A stretch of DNA of 64,000 nt. Origin: Candidatus Woesebacteria bacterium. Lineage in GTDB: Bacteria > Patescibacteriota > Microgenomatia > UBA8517. This document shows positions 1-9,499 of the stretch, piece after piece (the stretch's first letter is position 1; each line of letters begins with the position of its first letter). The notes beneath the pieces are model-generated. The model was not told the DNA's origin, ran no database searches, and saw nothing but the letters and a program-made list of their open reading frames with translations. The stretch spans positions 178,277 to 242,276 of the forward strand of contig CP055308.1 in the NCBI GenBank assembly GCA_013374855.1, read 5' to 3'. Both the position numbers and the translations under genes were made by a program.

Positions 1-410
1 CCATAAATTCCGGAGAATTTTTTTGTTTCCCCTCTAAAGTTCGCTATTATTTCCTTTGACCTTTCCTCAACAAAACCAAATCTTTGTTTTAATCTTTCGT
101 TAGTTTTGTCTTTTTCTAAAATTATTGTTTGTTTACCCAAAAGACTTGATATAAACCCTTTCCCCGGAAGTTTAATCTCCGGCAAACCAGGCAGCTTCCA
201 AGCACGCGCAGAAAAAGCCAAAAAAGAAGAAACAAGAGCTGTTGTAAGAAATATTGTTAGAACCAGATATCTTTCCTTGCTTGTCCAAGGAACAACCTTC
301 TCTTTCAATTTGATTTTTGTCTGTTTCCAACGCGGAATCAATCTTTTATCCCTTCTCTTCTCAAACTGCAAATCCTCATCAAATTCCTCTTCATCCTCAA
401 AATTTCTCAT
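1..410 (-). CDS. Partial (3'-truncated by the window edge) hypothetical membrane protein. The start ATG is at 408-410 on the minus strand, followed by an acidic N-terminus and one TM helix.
   Basis: Manual minus-strand translation gives a clean ORF (MRNFEDEEEFDEDLQFEKRRDKRLIPRWKQTKIKLKEKVVPWTSKERYLVLTIFLTTALVSSFLAFSA...) that runs off the window. The listed plus-strand ORF 106..417 lies antisense to it and looks non-coding. Confidence 0.4.
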   Translation of the reverse strand, partial: MRNFEDEEEFDEDLQFEKRRDKRLIPRWKQTKIKLKEKVVPWTSKERYLVLTIFLTTALVSSFLAFSARAWKLPGLPEIKLPGKGFISSLLGKQTIILEKDKTNERLKQRFGFVEERSKEIIANFRGETKKFSGIY

Positions 411-413
411 AAC

Positions 414-887
414 TTGATTTTATCATCTTTTAATGCAAAAATGAGTTGTATGGAGGATAAGGAAAAACAATTTCCCACACAGAAAAATCCGCAAAATAAT
501 TTACCCTCTCAACCCAACAATCCTCAAGCCCAAGAACCAATCATTGCAGAAGTTCCTGAAGAATCCCAAGCAATACCACAAAAATCAATTGTCATATTCC
601 CCACAGTAGTTCTTCTCATTATAGTTTCAACCTTCACCGGATATCTACTTTACCAAAATATACAGCTAAAAAAAGCACTTAAGATAAGCAGTTTTGACGA
701 CTGTGCACAAGAAAAAGGGATAATTCAAGAATCATATCCCAGAGTCTGTATCACCAAAGATGGAAGGAGATTCACTGAAGGGATAAAGGAAACAATTACC
801 ACACCAATACCGGAAAATAGTATAAACCCAGAGGAAAAGGATGAAGATACAAACTTACCAGACACCAGAGAAGGCAATCAATTGTAG
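414..887 (+). CDS. Hypothetical membrane-anchored protein (Q/P-rich N-terminus, one TM helix, extracytoplasmic SFDDC...C.T.DGR.F motif). Paralogous to 4808..5479.
   Basis: ORF track. A TM segment (IVIFPTVVLLIIVSTFTGYLLY) is followed by a motif shared with the 4808..5479 product. Confidence 0.45.
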   Translation: MILSSFNAKMSCMEDKEKQFPTQKNPQNNLPSQPNNPQAQEPIIAEVPEESQAIPQKSIVIFPTVVLLIIVSTFTGYLLYQNIQLKKALKISSFDDCAQEKGIIQESYPRVCITKDGRRFTEGIKETITTPIPENSINPEEKDEDTNLPDTREGNQL

Positions 888-890
888 TTT

Positions 891-1847
891 TTAGACCTTG
901 TTTACAACTTCCTTACCAGAAAAAAAATCAAGAATCGCAGAAACTGCCAATTCTGTCATCTTAAGCCTGGCTTCAATAGTTGATGAGGCAATGTGAGGAG
1001 TTAAAATTACATTCTCCATCGCCAAAAGCTCGGGATTTATGTTGGGCTCATTTTCAAAAACATCCAACGCCGCGCCGGATAGTATTCCGGTCCGCAAGGC
1101 TTCCGCTAAATCCTGTTCACGCACCACAGGCCCCCGCGCAGTATTTACAAGAAAACTACCTCTTTTCATTTTCTCAAACGCACTTTTGTCTATCATCCCT
1201 CTTGTCTCCTCAGTTAAAGGGACATGAAGAGAGACAAAATCGGAAGTAGCAAGAAGTTCATCCAAACTTACAAACACAACCCCCAATTCCTTTTCTGCCT
1301 GCAAATCTTGAGTCCTTTTATTGTAAACAATCTTCATCTCATAACCTGCGGCTCGCCGCGCTACCATCGACCCTATGTTTCCAAGTCCTATTATTCCCAA
1401 AGTCTTGCCAACCAAAGATCTGCCCAAAAACACATCAGGATCCCAACTATGATAACCTCCCCTTCTAACCGATTCATCCGATTCAACTATTCTTCTGCTT
1501 AGAGCCAAAATCAAAGCCCAAGTGTGTTCTGCCACAGCCTCGTTTACCTCCTTGCAAGGAGTGTTTGCGACCACAATTTCCCTCTTTTTTGCCTCATCAA
1601 CATCAATATTATCAAAACCAACAGCATAATTTGAAACTATCTTTAGACTTGCACCTGCCCTCTCAAACACTTCGCTGTCTATTCTTTCCGTTAAAAGACA
1701 AAGAAGGGCATCAACACCAACCACTCTTTCCAAAAATACTTCTCGCGGCATTGGCCGATCTTCTTTCCACAAATCAACTTCAAAACCCGCAGATTCAAAC
1801 TTATCTACATAATCCCCAGGAATTTGCCTTGTTATTAGAACCTTCAT
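891..1847 (-). CDS. D-isomer-specific 2-hydroxyacid dehydrogenase family (glyoxylate/hydroxypyruvate reductase or phosphoglycerate dehydrogenase-like), NAD-binding.
   Basis: GxGxxG Rossmann motif (GIIGLGNIGSMVARRAAGYEMKIVY). Catalytic region typical of the family (HVPLTEETRGMI, NTARGPVV, DV...EP). Confidence 0.85.
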   Translation of the reverse strand: MKVLITRQIPGDYVDKFESAGFEVDLWKEDRPMPREVFLERVVGVDALLCLLTERIDSEVFERAGASLKIVSNYAVGFDNIDVDEAKKREIVVANTPCKEVNEAVAEHTWALILALSRRIVESDESVRRGGYHSWDPDVFLGRSLVGKTLGIIGLGNIGSMVARRAAGYEMKIVYNKRTQDLQAEKELGVVFVSLDELLATSDFVSLHVPLTEETRGMIDKSAFEKMKRGSFLVNTARGPVVREQDLAEALRTGILSGAALDVFENEPNINPELLAMENVILTPHIASSTIEARLKMTELAVSAILDFFSGKEVVNKV

Positions 1848-1851
1848 CTTC

Positions 1852-2841
1852 TCAAAATTCCTCCACTAACACTTTACTACTTTTTGCTCTCTCAAGCCAA
1901 ATATCAATCTCATCTTCTTTTAAAAGGCCTCTTTGACTGCCAACATAACCAATAACAGAAGCTGCATTAACTGTCCCCCACAAAAGAGCTTCTTCCATAC
2001 TTTTGCCTTTAATCAAAGCAGAAAGACAACCCGAACCAAAAGCATCCCCCGCACCAGTTCGCTCATAAGCGTCAACTGGTAAAACCCCACATCTTAGGTA
2101 ACGTTTTCCATCAAAAACAAAAGAGCCGTTTCCTCCATCGGTGATTATTGGAATTCTTACTCCCAATTTGATTAAAGCACCAAGCAAATCCTTTTCCCTA
2201 TTATGAGAATCACCAAAGTTGGTAATTTTTTCCGCTTCCTCACGATTAACATAAAGAATATAAGATAAAGAGACAACATCTGCAATTTCGCGAAAATCAG
2301 CTCTTAACTGACGGCTTCCGGGATTAAAGGCAAGCCTAACCTGAGGATTAAGTCTAAGCCATTCGACCAAATGATTGAAAAAAGGACGAAAACTATCACC
2401 CATTGAGGTTAAATAAACCCAAGGAACAGAAGGTAACTTGACTGGAAATTCATAGCTAATAGGCGCCTTATAGCTTAAGATTGTCCTTTCCCCGCCATAA
2501 GTAATTATTGTTGAGTAATTGGAAGAACTTGCAGGCTGTACAATTGCAAAGGTTGTATCAACACCCTCGTTTTCAAGACACTCAAGTATTTGTTCTCCAA
2601 CACTATCCCCACCCAAAGTTGTAACAATCGCTGACCTTACCCCCAATCTTCTTGCTCCAACTGCGTTATTTGCCGCATTACCCCCTATTGTAAATTCCAT
2701 CCTCTTAACAGGAATTTTTTCCCCATAGGAAAAGGAAATAAAACACTCCTTATTGTCAAGTCGACAAAAAGCCTCCGACTCCTCAGGAGTCAGAAAAACA
2801 TCCAAAGATGTGTCTCCTATTGATAAAAGATCAAGATTCAT
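1852..2841 (-). CDS. PfkB-family carbohydrate kinase (ribokinase-like sugar kinase). The likely start is the internal Met (MNLDLLSIGD...) rather than the upstream Met at 2910.
   Basis: PfkB signature GAGDAFGSGCLSALIKGKS near the C-terminus and an N-terminal GG di-glycine region (TIGGNAANNAVGARRLGV). Starting at 2841 reduces the overlap with the upstream aldolase gene to 4 nt. Confidence 0.8.
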   Translation of the reverse strand: MNLDLLSIGDTSLDVFLTPEESEAFCRLDNKECFISFSYGEKIPVKRMEFTIGGNAANNAVGARRLGVRSAIVTTLGGDSVGEQILECLENEGVDTTFAIVQPASSSNYSTIITYGGERTILSYKAPISYEFPVKLPSVPWVYLTSMGDSFRPFFNHLVEWLRLNPQVRLAFNPGSRQLRADFREIADVVSLSYILYVNREEAEKITNFGDSHNREKDLLGALIKLGVRIPIITDGGNGSFVFDGKRYLRCGVLPVDAYERTGAGDAFGSGCLSALIKGKSMEEALLWGTVNAASVIGYVGSQRGLLKEDEIDIWLERAKSSKVLVEEF

Positions 2842-3827
2842 AGTTTTCCTTGCCTTGCCAAAGAACAAAGACGAGCGTTCTCTAGAAGTTTCTCTTGAGA
2901 CATCTTCCAATTTTCATCATGTCCCCTCCACATTTCAAGAACAGTCTCCTGCAGGGCTCTGGCAAAGGAAAAGGTAACCTGCCACAAACCTGGCTTTAGC
3001 ATTTTCTCAATTTCATTCAAATTAGCTGATGCCTCCTCTAGGGTCTGTCCACCAGACAAAAACGCAATTGTAGGTACATCAACAGGAACCACCTTTTCAA
3101 AAACAGATAAAGTTGCAGAAGCCACATCAGAAGGAATGCTTTTAGACCCACTTTCCTTTCCAGGCAGAACCATACTTGGTTTTAATAAAATTTTCTTTCT
3201 GTCAACCTTAAAATCCGACAATTTTTGAAACAAACGTGTCAAAACTTCCTCTGTTTTAACCGCACACTGCTCTAAAGAATGAGATCCATCCATTAAAACG
3301 TCCGGTTCTATAATAGGTAAAATATCCACTTCAAGACAAAAAAGAGAATAAATAGCAAGAAGAGTAGAATTTGCATCAATTATCTCTCTTGCCGGTTTAC
3401 TATCGCCTATAAAATAAGCAGCTCGCCACTTGGCAAAAACAGCGCCTAAATTTTTATACTCAAGCAACCTTCTCCTTATATTGTCAAGGCCGAAGGTTAT
3501 CTGCTCTGGAGAAAAACCAGGTAATTCTTCCTGACCAATGTCAAGCCTGACACCAGACAAAATCCCTTTTTCCTTCAAAACTTCTGTAAAAAGAACCCCA
3601 TCATCTGTTTTCTGTTTTATTGTTTCCTCATGAAGAATTACAGCACTTATATAGTTTTCCAGCCCTTCGGTCGTAAAAAGAAGCTGTCTGTATTTCCTTC
3701 GTGTTTCCCCGTCTGTCGGAATAGAAAATTTCTCAAATTTTTTAGTAGCAGTCCCTACACTCCAATCGGCTGCCAAAATACCCTTTTGGGGGTGACCTAT
3801 TTGTTTTGCAATATCTTCTGGATCCAT
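2838..3827 (-). CDS. fba: Fructose-bisphosphate aldolase, class I (Schiff-base type).
   Basis: Class I aldolase motif ILLKPSMVLPGKESG (compare LLKPNMVT.G) and downstream AFLSGGQTLEEASANLNEI (compare FLSGGQSEEEAT.NLNAIN). Confidence 0.8.
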   Translation of the reverse strand: MDPEDIAKQIGHPQKGILAADWSVGTATKKFEKFSIPTDGETRRKYRQLLFTTEGLENYISAVILHEETIKQKTDDGVLFTEVLKEKGILSGVRLDIGQEELPGFSPEQITFGLDNIRRRLLEYKNLGAVFAKWRAAYFIGDSKPAREIIDANSTLLAIYSLFCLEVDILPIIEPDVLMDGSHSLEQCAVKTEEVLTRLFQKLSDFKVDRKKILLKPSMVLPGKESGSKSIPSDVASATLSVFEKVVPVDVPTIAFLSGGQTLEEASANLNEIEKMLKPGLWQVTFSFARALQETVLEMWRGHDENWKMSQEKLLENARLCSLARQGKL

Positions 3828-4037
3828 ATCTATTCTAGACTAGCAAAAGGAAAGCTGTGTAGCAAGAAGCATTTGGATAACCTTTGTTTAATCTAATGAC
3901 AAATCCAAAATCCAACTCACTTTGAAAACAATTAATAAAATGAGAAACTAATCAAGTTCTTCTTAGACTTCAAGATTGATAACAATTTTAATTCGGCCAA
4001 ACAGGGTTAATAAAACAAATCCAAACCTAAAAAATAC

Positions 4038-4226
4038 TTATAATCTAGTTTTTGTGCGTGAAATTTCTTCTGAAAGCTCTTGAGTTTTCCTCTCTAATTC
4101 TTGTCTATACTTATCCATAATTCTGTCCAAACAAAAAACAATTATCAAAAGAGGAGTCGCAATTCTCCAATTAACCATAAAAAGGTAAATAAAAGAAATT
4201 ACAATTAAGACCAAATACATAATCAA
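4038..4226 (-). CDS. Small hypothetical membrane protein (62 aa).
   Basis: ORF with one hydrophobic helix and a coiled-coil-like C-terminus. No recognisable domain. Confidence 0.3.
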   Translation of the reverse strand: MIMYLVLIVISFIYLFMVNWRIATPLLIIVFCLDRIMDKYRQELERKTQELSEEISRTKTRL

Positions 4227-4457
4227 GCAATTGTTATTTCCTTACTTTAGTTACATCTCAAAAAACATTCCGCTTATGTAGAAACTATTACTAAATCCAC
4301 AAGTCCCAACCAGCCTTTACTTAAATAGTTGGCTAAACAGCTAAATTAGAAACTTGATACTAGTTATATAATTATAATACAACTTTTAATTTAACTTTCC
4401 AAATAAAATTTTGCTCCTTCGCTGCTTCTTATATTATTCGTGCTATAATGGCTTAAG

Positions 4458-4811
4458 ATGTCTAAAAAAGATAAGCTCTCTTCAAACAAAAGCATTATTG
4501 AGACAACAAGAATTATATTTCTTGCCTCTTGCACTTTAATCTTCATCTTTACAATCTTTATTGCAGCAATCGCAAATTCAAAGCCAAAAAAAGAAAAAAC
4601 GAAAAACACAAACACAGAAAAATGCGTAATTTCAGGGTGTAATGGAGAAGTCTGCCAAGGAAAAGAAGAAGAACCAACTATGACAATCTGTCTCTACAAT
4701 CCTGAGTACGATTGTTACAAAAAGGCTATTTGTGAGGTTCAAGAAGATGGCTCTTGTGGTTGGACAGAAACAGAAGAATATCAAGAATGTATAAATAATC
4801 TTTCAAGATGA
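4458..4811 (+). CDS. Small Cys-rich secreted/membrane-anchored protein (117 aa).
   Basis: TATAAT-like -10 box 11 bp upstream. An N-terminal TM/signal segment is followed by a C-rich domain (CVISGCNGEVCQG...CLYNPEYDCYKKAICEVQEDGSCGW). Confidence 0.45.
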   Translation: MSKKDKLSSNKSIIETTRIIFLASCTLIFIFTIFIAAIANSKPKKEKTKNTNTEKCVISGCNGEVCQGKEEEPTMTICLYNPEYDCYKKAICEVQEDGSCGWTETEEYQECINNLSR

Positions 4812-5479
4812 TCTCTGATAAAAAAATAAATCTCAATCTCTTACTTGCAATATCCACTATTGTTTCTGTTGCAATATCATTTTTTCTATTTTGGCAAAAC
4901 AAGAAAGCAGCAGAACTTCTTTCGATAAGAACATTTGAAGATTGTCAGAAATCAAAAAATGCAAAGTTAGAAAATCATATTTGCACAACTCAAGATGGAA
5001 GAGAATTTAAGAAAGAAAAAGAAGTTGAAAAAGAAGAAAACGCTATAAGCAACACAATTGAATTCACAAATGAATTCTTTTCCTTGAAATACTCCAAAGA
5101 CTCAAAATTAGAGGAGGATGAAGAAAACAACAGCGTGCGCATTCTGTTTTTAGGGAAATCCCAAAAAGAAAATACAGAGTTGTATGATGGCTACTCTCTC
5201 TCAATCTCACTTCTAAAAGAAAATTTGACCTTAAAGCAAATAGCACAAAAGGAACAAAAGCAAAGTGTTGGTCTTTGTGAAGAAACATCAGATACAACAG
5301 AATATAAATCAGAAAAAATAGAGGGTTATCAATACACTGCCAACTGTTTTGGATACAGTCAAAACATATACACCCAGAAAGGCAACAAAAAATTCAGAAT
5401 AAGCCTAGTCTGGAATGGAAAAGAAGAATATAAAAAAGAAGTTGAGGAGATTCTCTCAAGCATTACTTTTCAAGAATAA
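4808..5479 (+). CDS. Hypothetical membrane-anchored protein, paralogous to 414..887 (TFEDC...C.T.DGREF motif).
   Basis: ORF overlaps the upstream gene by 4 nt (operon). A TM helix is followed by the shared Cys motif. Confidence 0.5.
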   Translation: MISDKKINLNLLLAISTIVSVAISFFLFWQNKKAAELLSIRTFEDCQKSKNAKLENHICTTQDGREFKKEKEVEKEENAISNTIEFTNEFFSLKYSKDSKLEEDEENNSVRILFLGKSQKENTELYDGYSLSISLLKENLTLKQIAQKEQKQSVGLCEETSDTTEYKSEKIEGYQYTANCFGYSQNIYTQKGNKKFRISLVWNGKEEYKKEVEEILSSITFQE

Positions 5480-5972
5480 AACGCCATTTCTTTTTTGCCC
5501 AAGACCCAGAATAAGCAACACCCACTCTTTCAAGTTTTTTAATTTTGAAATTCTCCAATTCTCCATCTTCCAACCAAATGCGATTGCTTTTGGTTAAATC
5601 TTCTCCATAAAAACTCTTATCTAAAGCAAGCCATTTTCCCAGCCGACCCGGGCCTTCTACACCCTCAACGCTTCTTACCAAAACCGCCTGAGGTTTTCCT
5701 CTTTTCCCTGTTGTTATATTAAACATCCAATACATACCATAAACAAAATAAACATACACCAAGCCTCCCCTTTCCCACATTACTTTATTTCTCAAAGTCT
5801 TACCAAACCTTGCATGACTTGCCAAGTCTTCTTGCCCACCATATGCTTCAACTTCTGTAATTTTTCTTTTTTCCAACCTTCCGTCTTCAAATCTTCTTAC
5901 CAAAAATTTGCCAAGCAACAAAGGAGCAATCTCCAAAACATCCTTTTGATAAAAATCTTTCCCAATCCTCAT
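5463..5972 (-). CDS. mpg: DNA-3-methyladenine glycosylase (AAG/Mpg family).
   Basis: Family-typical sequence (YQKDVLEIAPLLLGKFLVRR ... EVEAYGGQEDLASHARFGKTLRNKVMWERGGLVYVYFVYGMYWMFNI). Confidence 0.85.
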   Translation of the reverse strand: MRIGKDFYQKDVLEIAPLLLGKFLVRRFEDGRLEKRKITEVEAYGGQEDLASHARFGKTLRNKVMWERGGLVYVYFVYGMYWMFNITTGKRGKPQAVLVRSVEGVEGPGRLGKWLALDKSFYGEDLTKSNRIWLEDGELENFKIKKLERVGVAYSGSWAKKKWRFILEK

Positions 5973-6034
5973 AAATCTATTTTAACACCAAAAAATAAAT
6001 AGATATTTTTATGGCTTTAATATGAAGCAATAAA

Positions 6035-7006
6035 TCAATACTGATTAATAAAATTATTCTTTTTTCTTATTAACTCAATTGCCTTCTTCCTTATGTCTTT
6101 TGCGGTTAAACCGTGTTTTTCCCGCAATTCATTTTGAGCACCTGATTCTCCAAATCTATCATCTACTGCCACCACCCCAACAGGAATAGGATAATTCTCA
6201 GAGACAACCTGCGAGACAACAGATCCAAGACCCCCAACTTTCTGATGCTCTTCAACAACAAGCAAACAACCTGAAAGTTTCGCCAAAGACAAAATAGTAA
6301 AAGTATCCAAAGGCTTTAAAGAATAGCAATTAAGAACTGATGATTCTATCCCCTCTTTCTCAAGCAAAGAAGCTGCTTCAAGTGCTTCAGAAAGAATTGA
6401 ACCATAACCCAAAATTACAACCTCTGGATTTTTAGCCTTCTTCAAAAACAAAGACCCTCCAATTCTGAATTCCGAATTCTCATTTGTCAGAAGCGGAGTA
6501 TTCTCCCTCTCAAGTCTTATATAAAAGGGCTTTTTTTCTTTCGACGCAACAATAATAGATTTTCGCGCCTGCCAAAAATCACAAGGAACAAGAACGCTAA
6601 AATTAGGGAGAGCCTGCATAATGGATATGTCTTCAAGTGCCTGATGTGTCGCACCATCTGCACCCGCTGAAAAACCCCCATGTGAACCAATCAAAATAAC
6701 AGACAAATTGTTTATAGCAATTGTAGTCCTTATCTGTTCCACTGCTCTTCCTGGAACAAAGACCCCAAAAGAGGTTGCCACTGCAGTTTTTCCATAGTTG
6801 GCAAGCCCTGAAGCAATGGTTACCAAAGCCTGCTCTGCAACTCCCACTTCAAAAAAGCGGTCAGGAAACTCCTTAGCAAAAAGATGCACCCTTGTCGATT
6901 CCTCCAAGTCTGCTGTCAAAACAACCAACTCTTTGTTTAACTTCCCCGATTCAAGCAGACCTTCCCCAAATCCGTCTCTAATAGATTTTTTAACAATATC
7001 TCCCAT
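6035..7006 (-). CDS. Transketolase, C-terminal (pyrimidine-binding/C-terminal domain) subunit of a split transketolase.
   Basis: Pyr-binding domain motifs (FEVGVAEQALVTIASGLA, IGSHGGFSAGADGATHQALEDI), located directly downstream of the N-terminal subunit gene. Confidence 0.9.
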   Translation of the reverse strand: MGDIVKKSIRDGFGEGLLESGKLNKELVVLTADLEESTRVHLFAKEFPDRFFEVGVAEQALVTIASGLANYGKTAVATSFGVFVPGRAVEQIRTTIAINNLSVILIGSHGGFSAGADGATHQALEDISIMQALPNFSVLVPCDFWQARKSIIVASKEKKPFYIRLERENTPLLTNENSEFRIGGSLFLKKAKNPEVVILGYGSILSEALEAASLLEKEGIESSVLNCYSLKPLDTFTILSLAKLSGCLLVVEEHQKVGGLGSVVSQVVSENYPIPVGVVAVDDRFGESGAQNELREKHGLTAKDIRKKAIELIRKKNNFINQY

Positions 7007-7023
7007 AATTTAAGTCAAGCAAC

Positions 7024-7857
7024 CTAGACCTTCAAATCCTCTATTGCTCTTTTGAATTCCTCCTCATTTGGTGCCTTACCATGCCACTGCCACTTGCCTT
7101 CCATAAAAGAAACCCCCCTACCCGCAATAGTTTCCGCAATAATTACCACAGGCTTTTCTTTTTCTTCTTTCGCTTTTTCAAAAGCTCCAATTAACTGATC
7201 AAAATTATGCCCATTTACAGAAAAAACAGAAAAACCAAAAGCTCTATATTTCTCCTCAAGCGACCCAAGTGGCATAATATCATCAGTTTTACCACTCAGC
7301 TGTATCCCATTCTTATCAACAATAACAACAAGATTGGAAAGCTTGTATTTTGATGCAACCATCACAGCTTCCCAATGATTGCCACTATTCTGCTCCCCAT
7401 CACTTGTTAAGCAGTAAACTCTGAAATTCTTCCCATCAATCCGCCCACCAAGGGCAATACCTACAGCTTGGGCAAGACCAGATCCCAAAGGTCCCGATGT
7501 TGTTTCTATTCCGGGAAGTTTCCCTCTTTGAGGGTGACCCTGCAGACGGCCTCCAATCTTTCTTAAACTAAAAAGCTCGTTTTCTGTAAAATAGCCACTC
7601 AAAGCAAGAACAGCATAAAGCGCAGGACAAACATGCCCGTTTGATAAAACAAAGCGATCCCTTTCTTCCCAGTTGGGGTTTTTGGGATCGTGTTTTAGAA
7701 TCTTAAAATACAAAGCAGTCAAAATATCAGCTGAGCTTAAAGAACCCGCAGGATGACCAGATCCGGCAGTGGCAATTGATTCAAGAGAAAGTCTTCTTAC
7801 TTTTTTGGCTATTTTCTCAAGATTGGAAAAAGAATCCATTATTTTCTGAAAGCACAC
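7024..7857 (-). CDS. Transketolase, N-terminal (thiamine-diphosphate-binding) subunit.
   Basis: TPP-binding motifs (GSGHPAGSLSSADILTALYF, CLTSDGEQNSGNHWEA). Confidence 0.9.
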   Translation of the reverse strand: MCFQKIMDSFSNLEKIAKKVRRLSLESIATAGSGHPAGSLSSADILTALYFKILKHDPKNPNWEERDRFVLSNGHVCPALYAVLALSGYFTENELFSLRKIGGRLQGHPQRGKLPGIETTSGPLGSGLAQAVGIALGGRIDGKNFRVYCLTSDGEQNSGNHWEAVMVASKYKLSNLVVIVDKNGIQLSGKTDDIMPLGSLEEKYRAFGFSVFSVNGHNFDQLIGAFEKAKEEKEKPVVIIAETIAGRGVSFMEGKWQWHGKAPNEEEFKRAIEDLKV

Positions 7858-8474
7858 TCCTTGCCATCACAAACAAGGCATCTGGAATGATCAAATTCCT
7901 CAAGTTTTCTGTGGAGTCTTTTAATGGCAGGTAAAACAGAATCAATAGTTTCGCAAATTTCAAAAACAGAAAGCTCATGTTTGTCTAAATTCATATTCTT
8001 ACGTAGCACATCAATTATAGGTATCCAATGATTTCCAAAAAGAATAAAAGGCTTGTGATGTCCATAATAAAGTTTAGCTAGCACCCACGCCGTTCCAAGC
8101 TCAGACAATGTACCTGTTCCACCTTTGAATATAATAAAAATATCCGCGTGTTCTATTAGCTTAAACATCCTCTCTATATAATTTGTAGTTTTTATCTCCT
8201 CATCTGTCACATTGCCAACATACCTTCCTTCAAAGCCGGGTGCGTCTTTAGGATTAAAGGTTACAGAAAGAGTCTCTCCTCCAACACTTTGGGCACCTTT
8301 TGTAGAAGCATCCATCACACCGGGCCCCCCACCATTAACTATGGTAAAGCCACGAGAAGCCAGCAGCCTTGCCACTTCAAAAGCCTGCTTATATTCCTTA
8401 CTTTCTGGAGGAACTTCAGCGTCCCCAAAAAAAGCTACATTTTTAAAATCAATATGTCCTATGCCAGGATTCAT
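7839..8474 (-). CDS. LOG-family (TIGR00730, lysine-decarboxylase-like) Rossmann-fold nucleotide-binding protein with a C-terminal CxxC pair.
   Basis: LOG motifs NGGGPGVMDA and KGGTGTLSE; C-terminal CLVCDGKEC. Confidence 0.75.
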   Translation of the reverse strand: MNPGIGHIDFKNVAFFGDAEVPPESKEYKQAFEVARLLASRGFTIVNGGGPGVMDASTKGAQSVGGETLSVTFNPKDAPGFEGRYVGNVTDEEIKTTNYIERMFKLIEHADIFIIFKGGTGTLSELGTAWVLAKLYYGHHKPFILFGNHWIPIIDVLRKNMNLDKHELSVFEICETIDSVLPAIKRLHRKLEEFDHSRCLVCDGKECAFRK

Positions 8475-9112
8475 GTTATCCTATCTTCCAATCTTTTAAT
8501 ATTAACCGACAAATCTCCATCAAACAAGCGCCTCCCTACAGCAACTTCATCAACTCCAAGCGAGTAAAGCTTAAAAATATTGTCTTCCCAAACACCCCCG
8601 TCCACGCAAATCTTAAAAGGAGAAACATCATTCTTTCTCATCTGAATCAACTCTTGTACTTTCACAAAAACTGACTCATTAAACTGTTGTCCACCTTTAC
8701 CAGCAGGATATCCCATCAAAAGAACAGCATCTAAATCCCCCAAAACCAGCGGGTCCAACAAACCCACAGGGGTGTCAACATCCAAGGCAAGACCAATTTT
8801 TAGCCCTCTAAGTTGACACTCTTTTACAAAAGAAGTCTGGCTTGACATAACCTCAATATGAGCAAGCACCCGATCTCCCCCAAGGTGAGCACACCTCTCA
8901 AGCCAATGAATAGGTTCCTTAACCATTAAATGGAAATCAAAATATATGTTGTTATCAAGATATGGCATTTCTTCAGGTAAAAAACTCTTCTCTCCCAAAA
9001 AACTACCATCATTAACATCTATCTGCACCCGATCAACTACACCATCACAAACACTAAGAAGCCGTTCAAAATCCTTAGGATTATTTGTCAATATGGCAGG
9101 AATAATAAGCAT
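8471..9112 (-). CDS. rpe: Ribulose-phosphate 3-epimerase-like TIM-barrel protein.
   Basis: IDVNDGSF (compare DVMDGHFVPN), FDFHLMV, and a C-terminal DGG motif. Context with transketolase and RpiB. Confidence 0.65.
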   Translation of the reverse strand: MLIIPAILTNNPKDFERLLSVCDGVVDRVQIDVNDGSFLGEKSFLPEEMPYLDNNIYFDFHLMVKEPIHWLERCAHLGGDRVLAHIEVMSSQTSFVKECQLRGLKIGLALDVDTPVGLLDPLVLGDLDAVLLMGYPAGKGGQQFNESVFVKVQELIQMRKNDVSPFKICVDGGVWEDNIFKLYSLGVDEVAVGRRLFDGDLSVNIKRLEDRIT

Positions 9113-9220
9113 AAAAACAATTTCAGTTTACGACAGAGCGAAATAATAATTCAATAGCAGAATACCAACTACAAACACCCACCACCCAAAAACTGCTCAA
9201 CATCAAGGTTTTCCCAGACA

Positions 9221-9499
9221 CTAACCTATTGGGCAAATATGATTTGGCTCACAAGGTTGACAATCTGGCCTACACCTAGGTTTACAAGGACTACAATAAT
9301 CATTTGGTCTACACTCCGGCGAGCAACTTGGAGAACAATTTGGATAACAAAGGGGTGGCCAGCAAGTCGGTGGTTCACAATGTGCCGGATCACAATCTGG
9401 CGGAAAACAATCGGGGCCGCAACTGAAATCACGCGTTTTGGTAACCAACTTTATTTCCGGCTTATCAACAACTCCACGCTTACACACCTCTTTCATCAT
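9221..9499 (-). CDS. Cys/Pro-rich small protein (92 aa, 15 Cys in the last ~65 residues with a 4-5 residue C-x-P periodicity). Candidate RiPP precursor peptide.
   Basis: Sequence ...DFSCGPDCFPPDCDPAHCEPPTCWPPLCYPNCSPSCSPECRPNDYCSPCKPRCRPDCQPCEPNHICPIG. Overlaps the 3' end of the upstream rSAM/SPASM gene by 20 nt on the same strand. Confidence 0.5.
   Translation of the reverse strand: MMKEVCKRGVVDKPEIKLVTKTRDFSCGPDCFPPDCDPAHCEPPTCWPPLCYPNCSPSCSPECRPNDYCSPCKPRCRPDCQPCEPNHICPIG

Noticed and set aside
106-417. Listed plus-strand ORF (103 aa).
   Set aside because: Low-complexity, non-coding-looking translation. It lies antisense to a well-formed minus-strand gene that starts at 408-410 and runs off the window edge.
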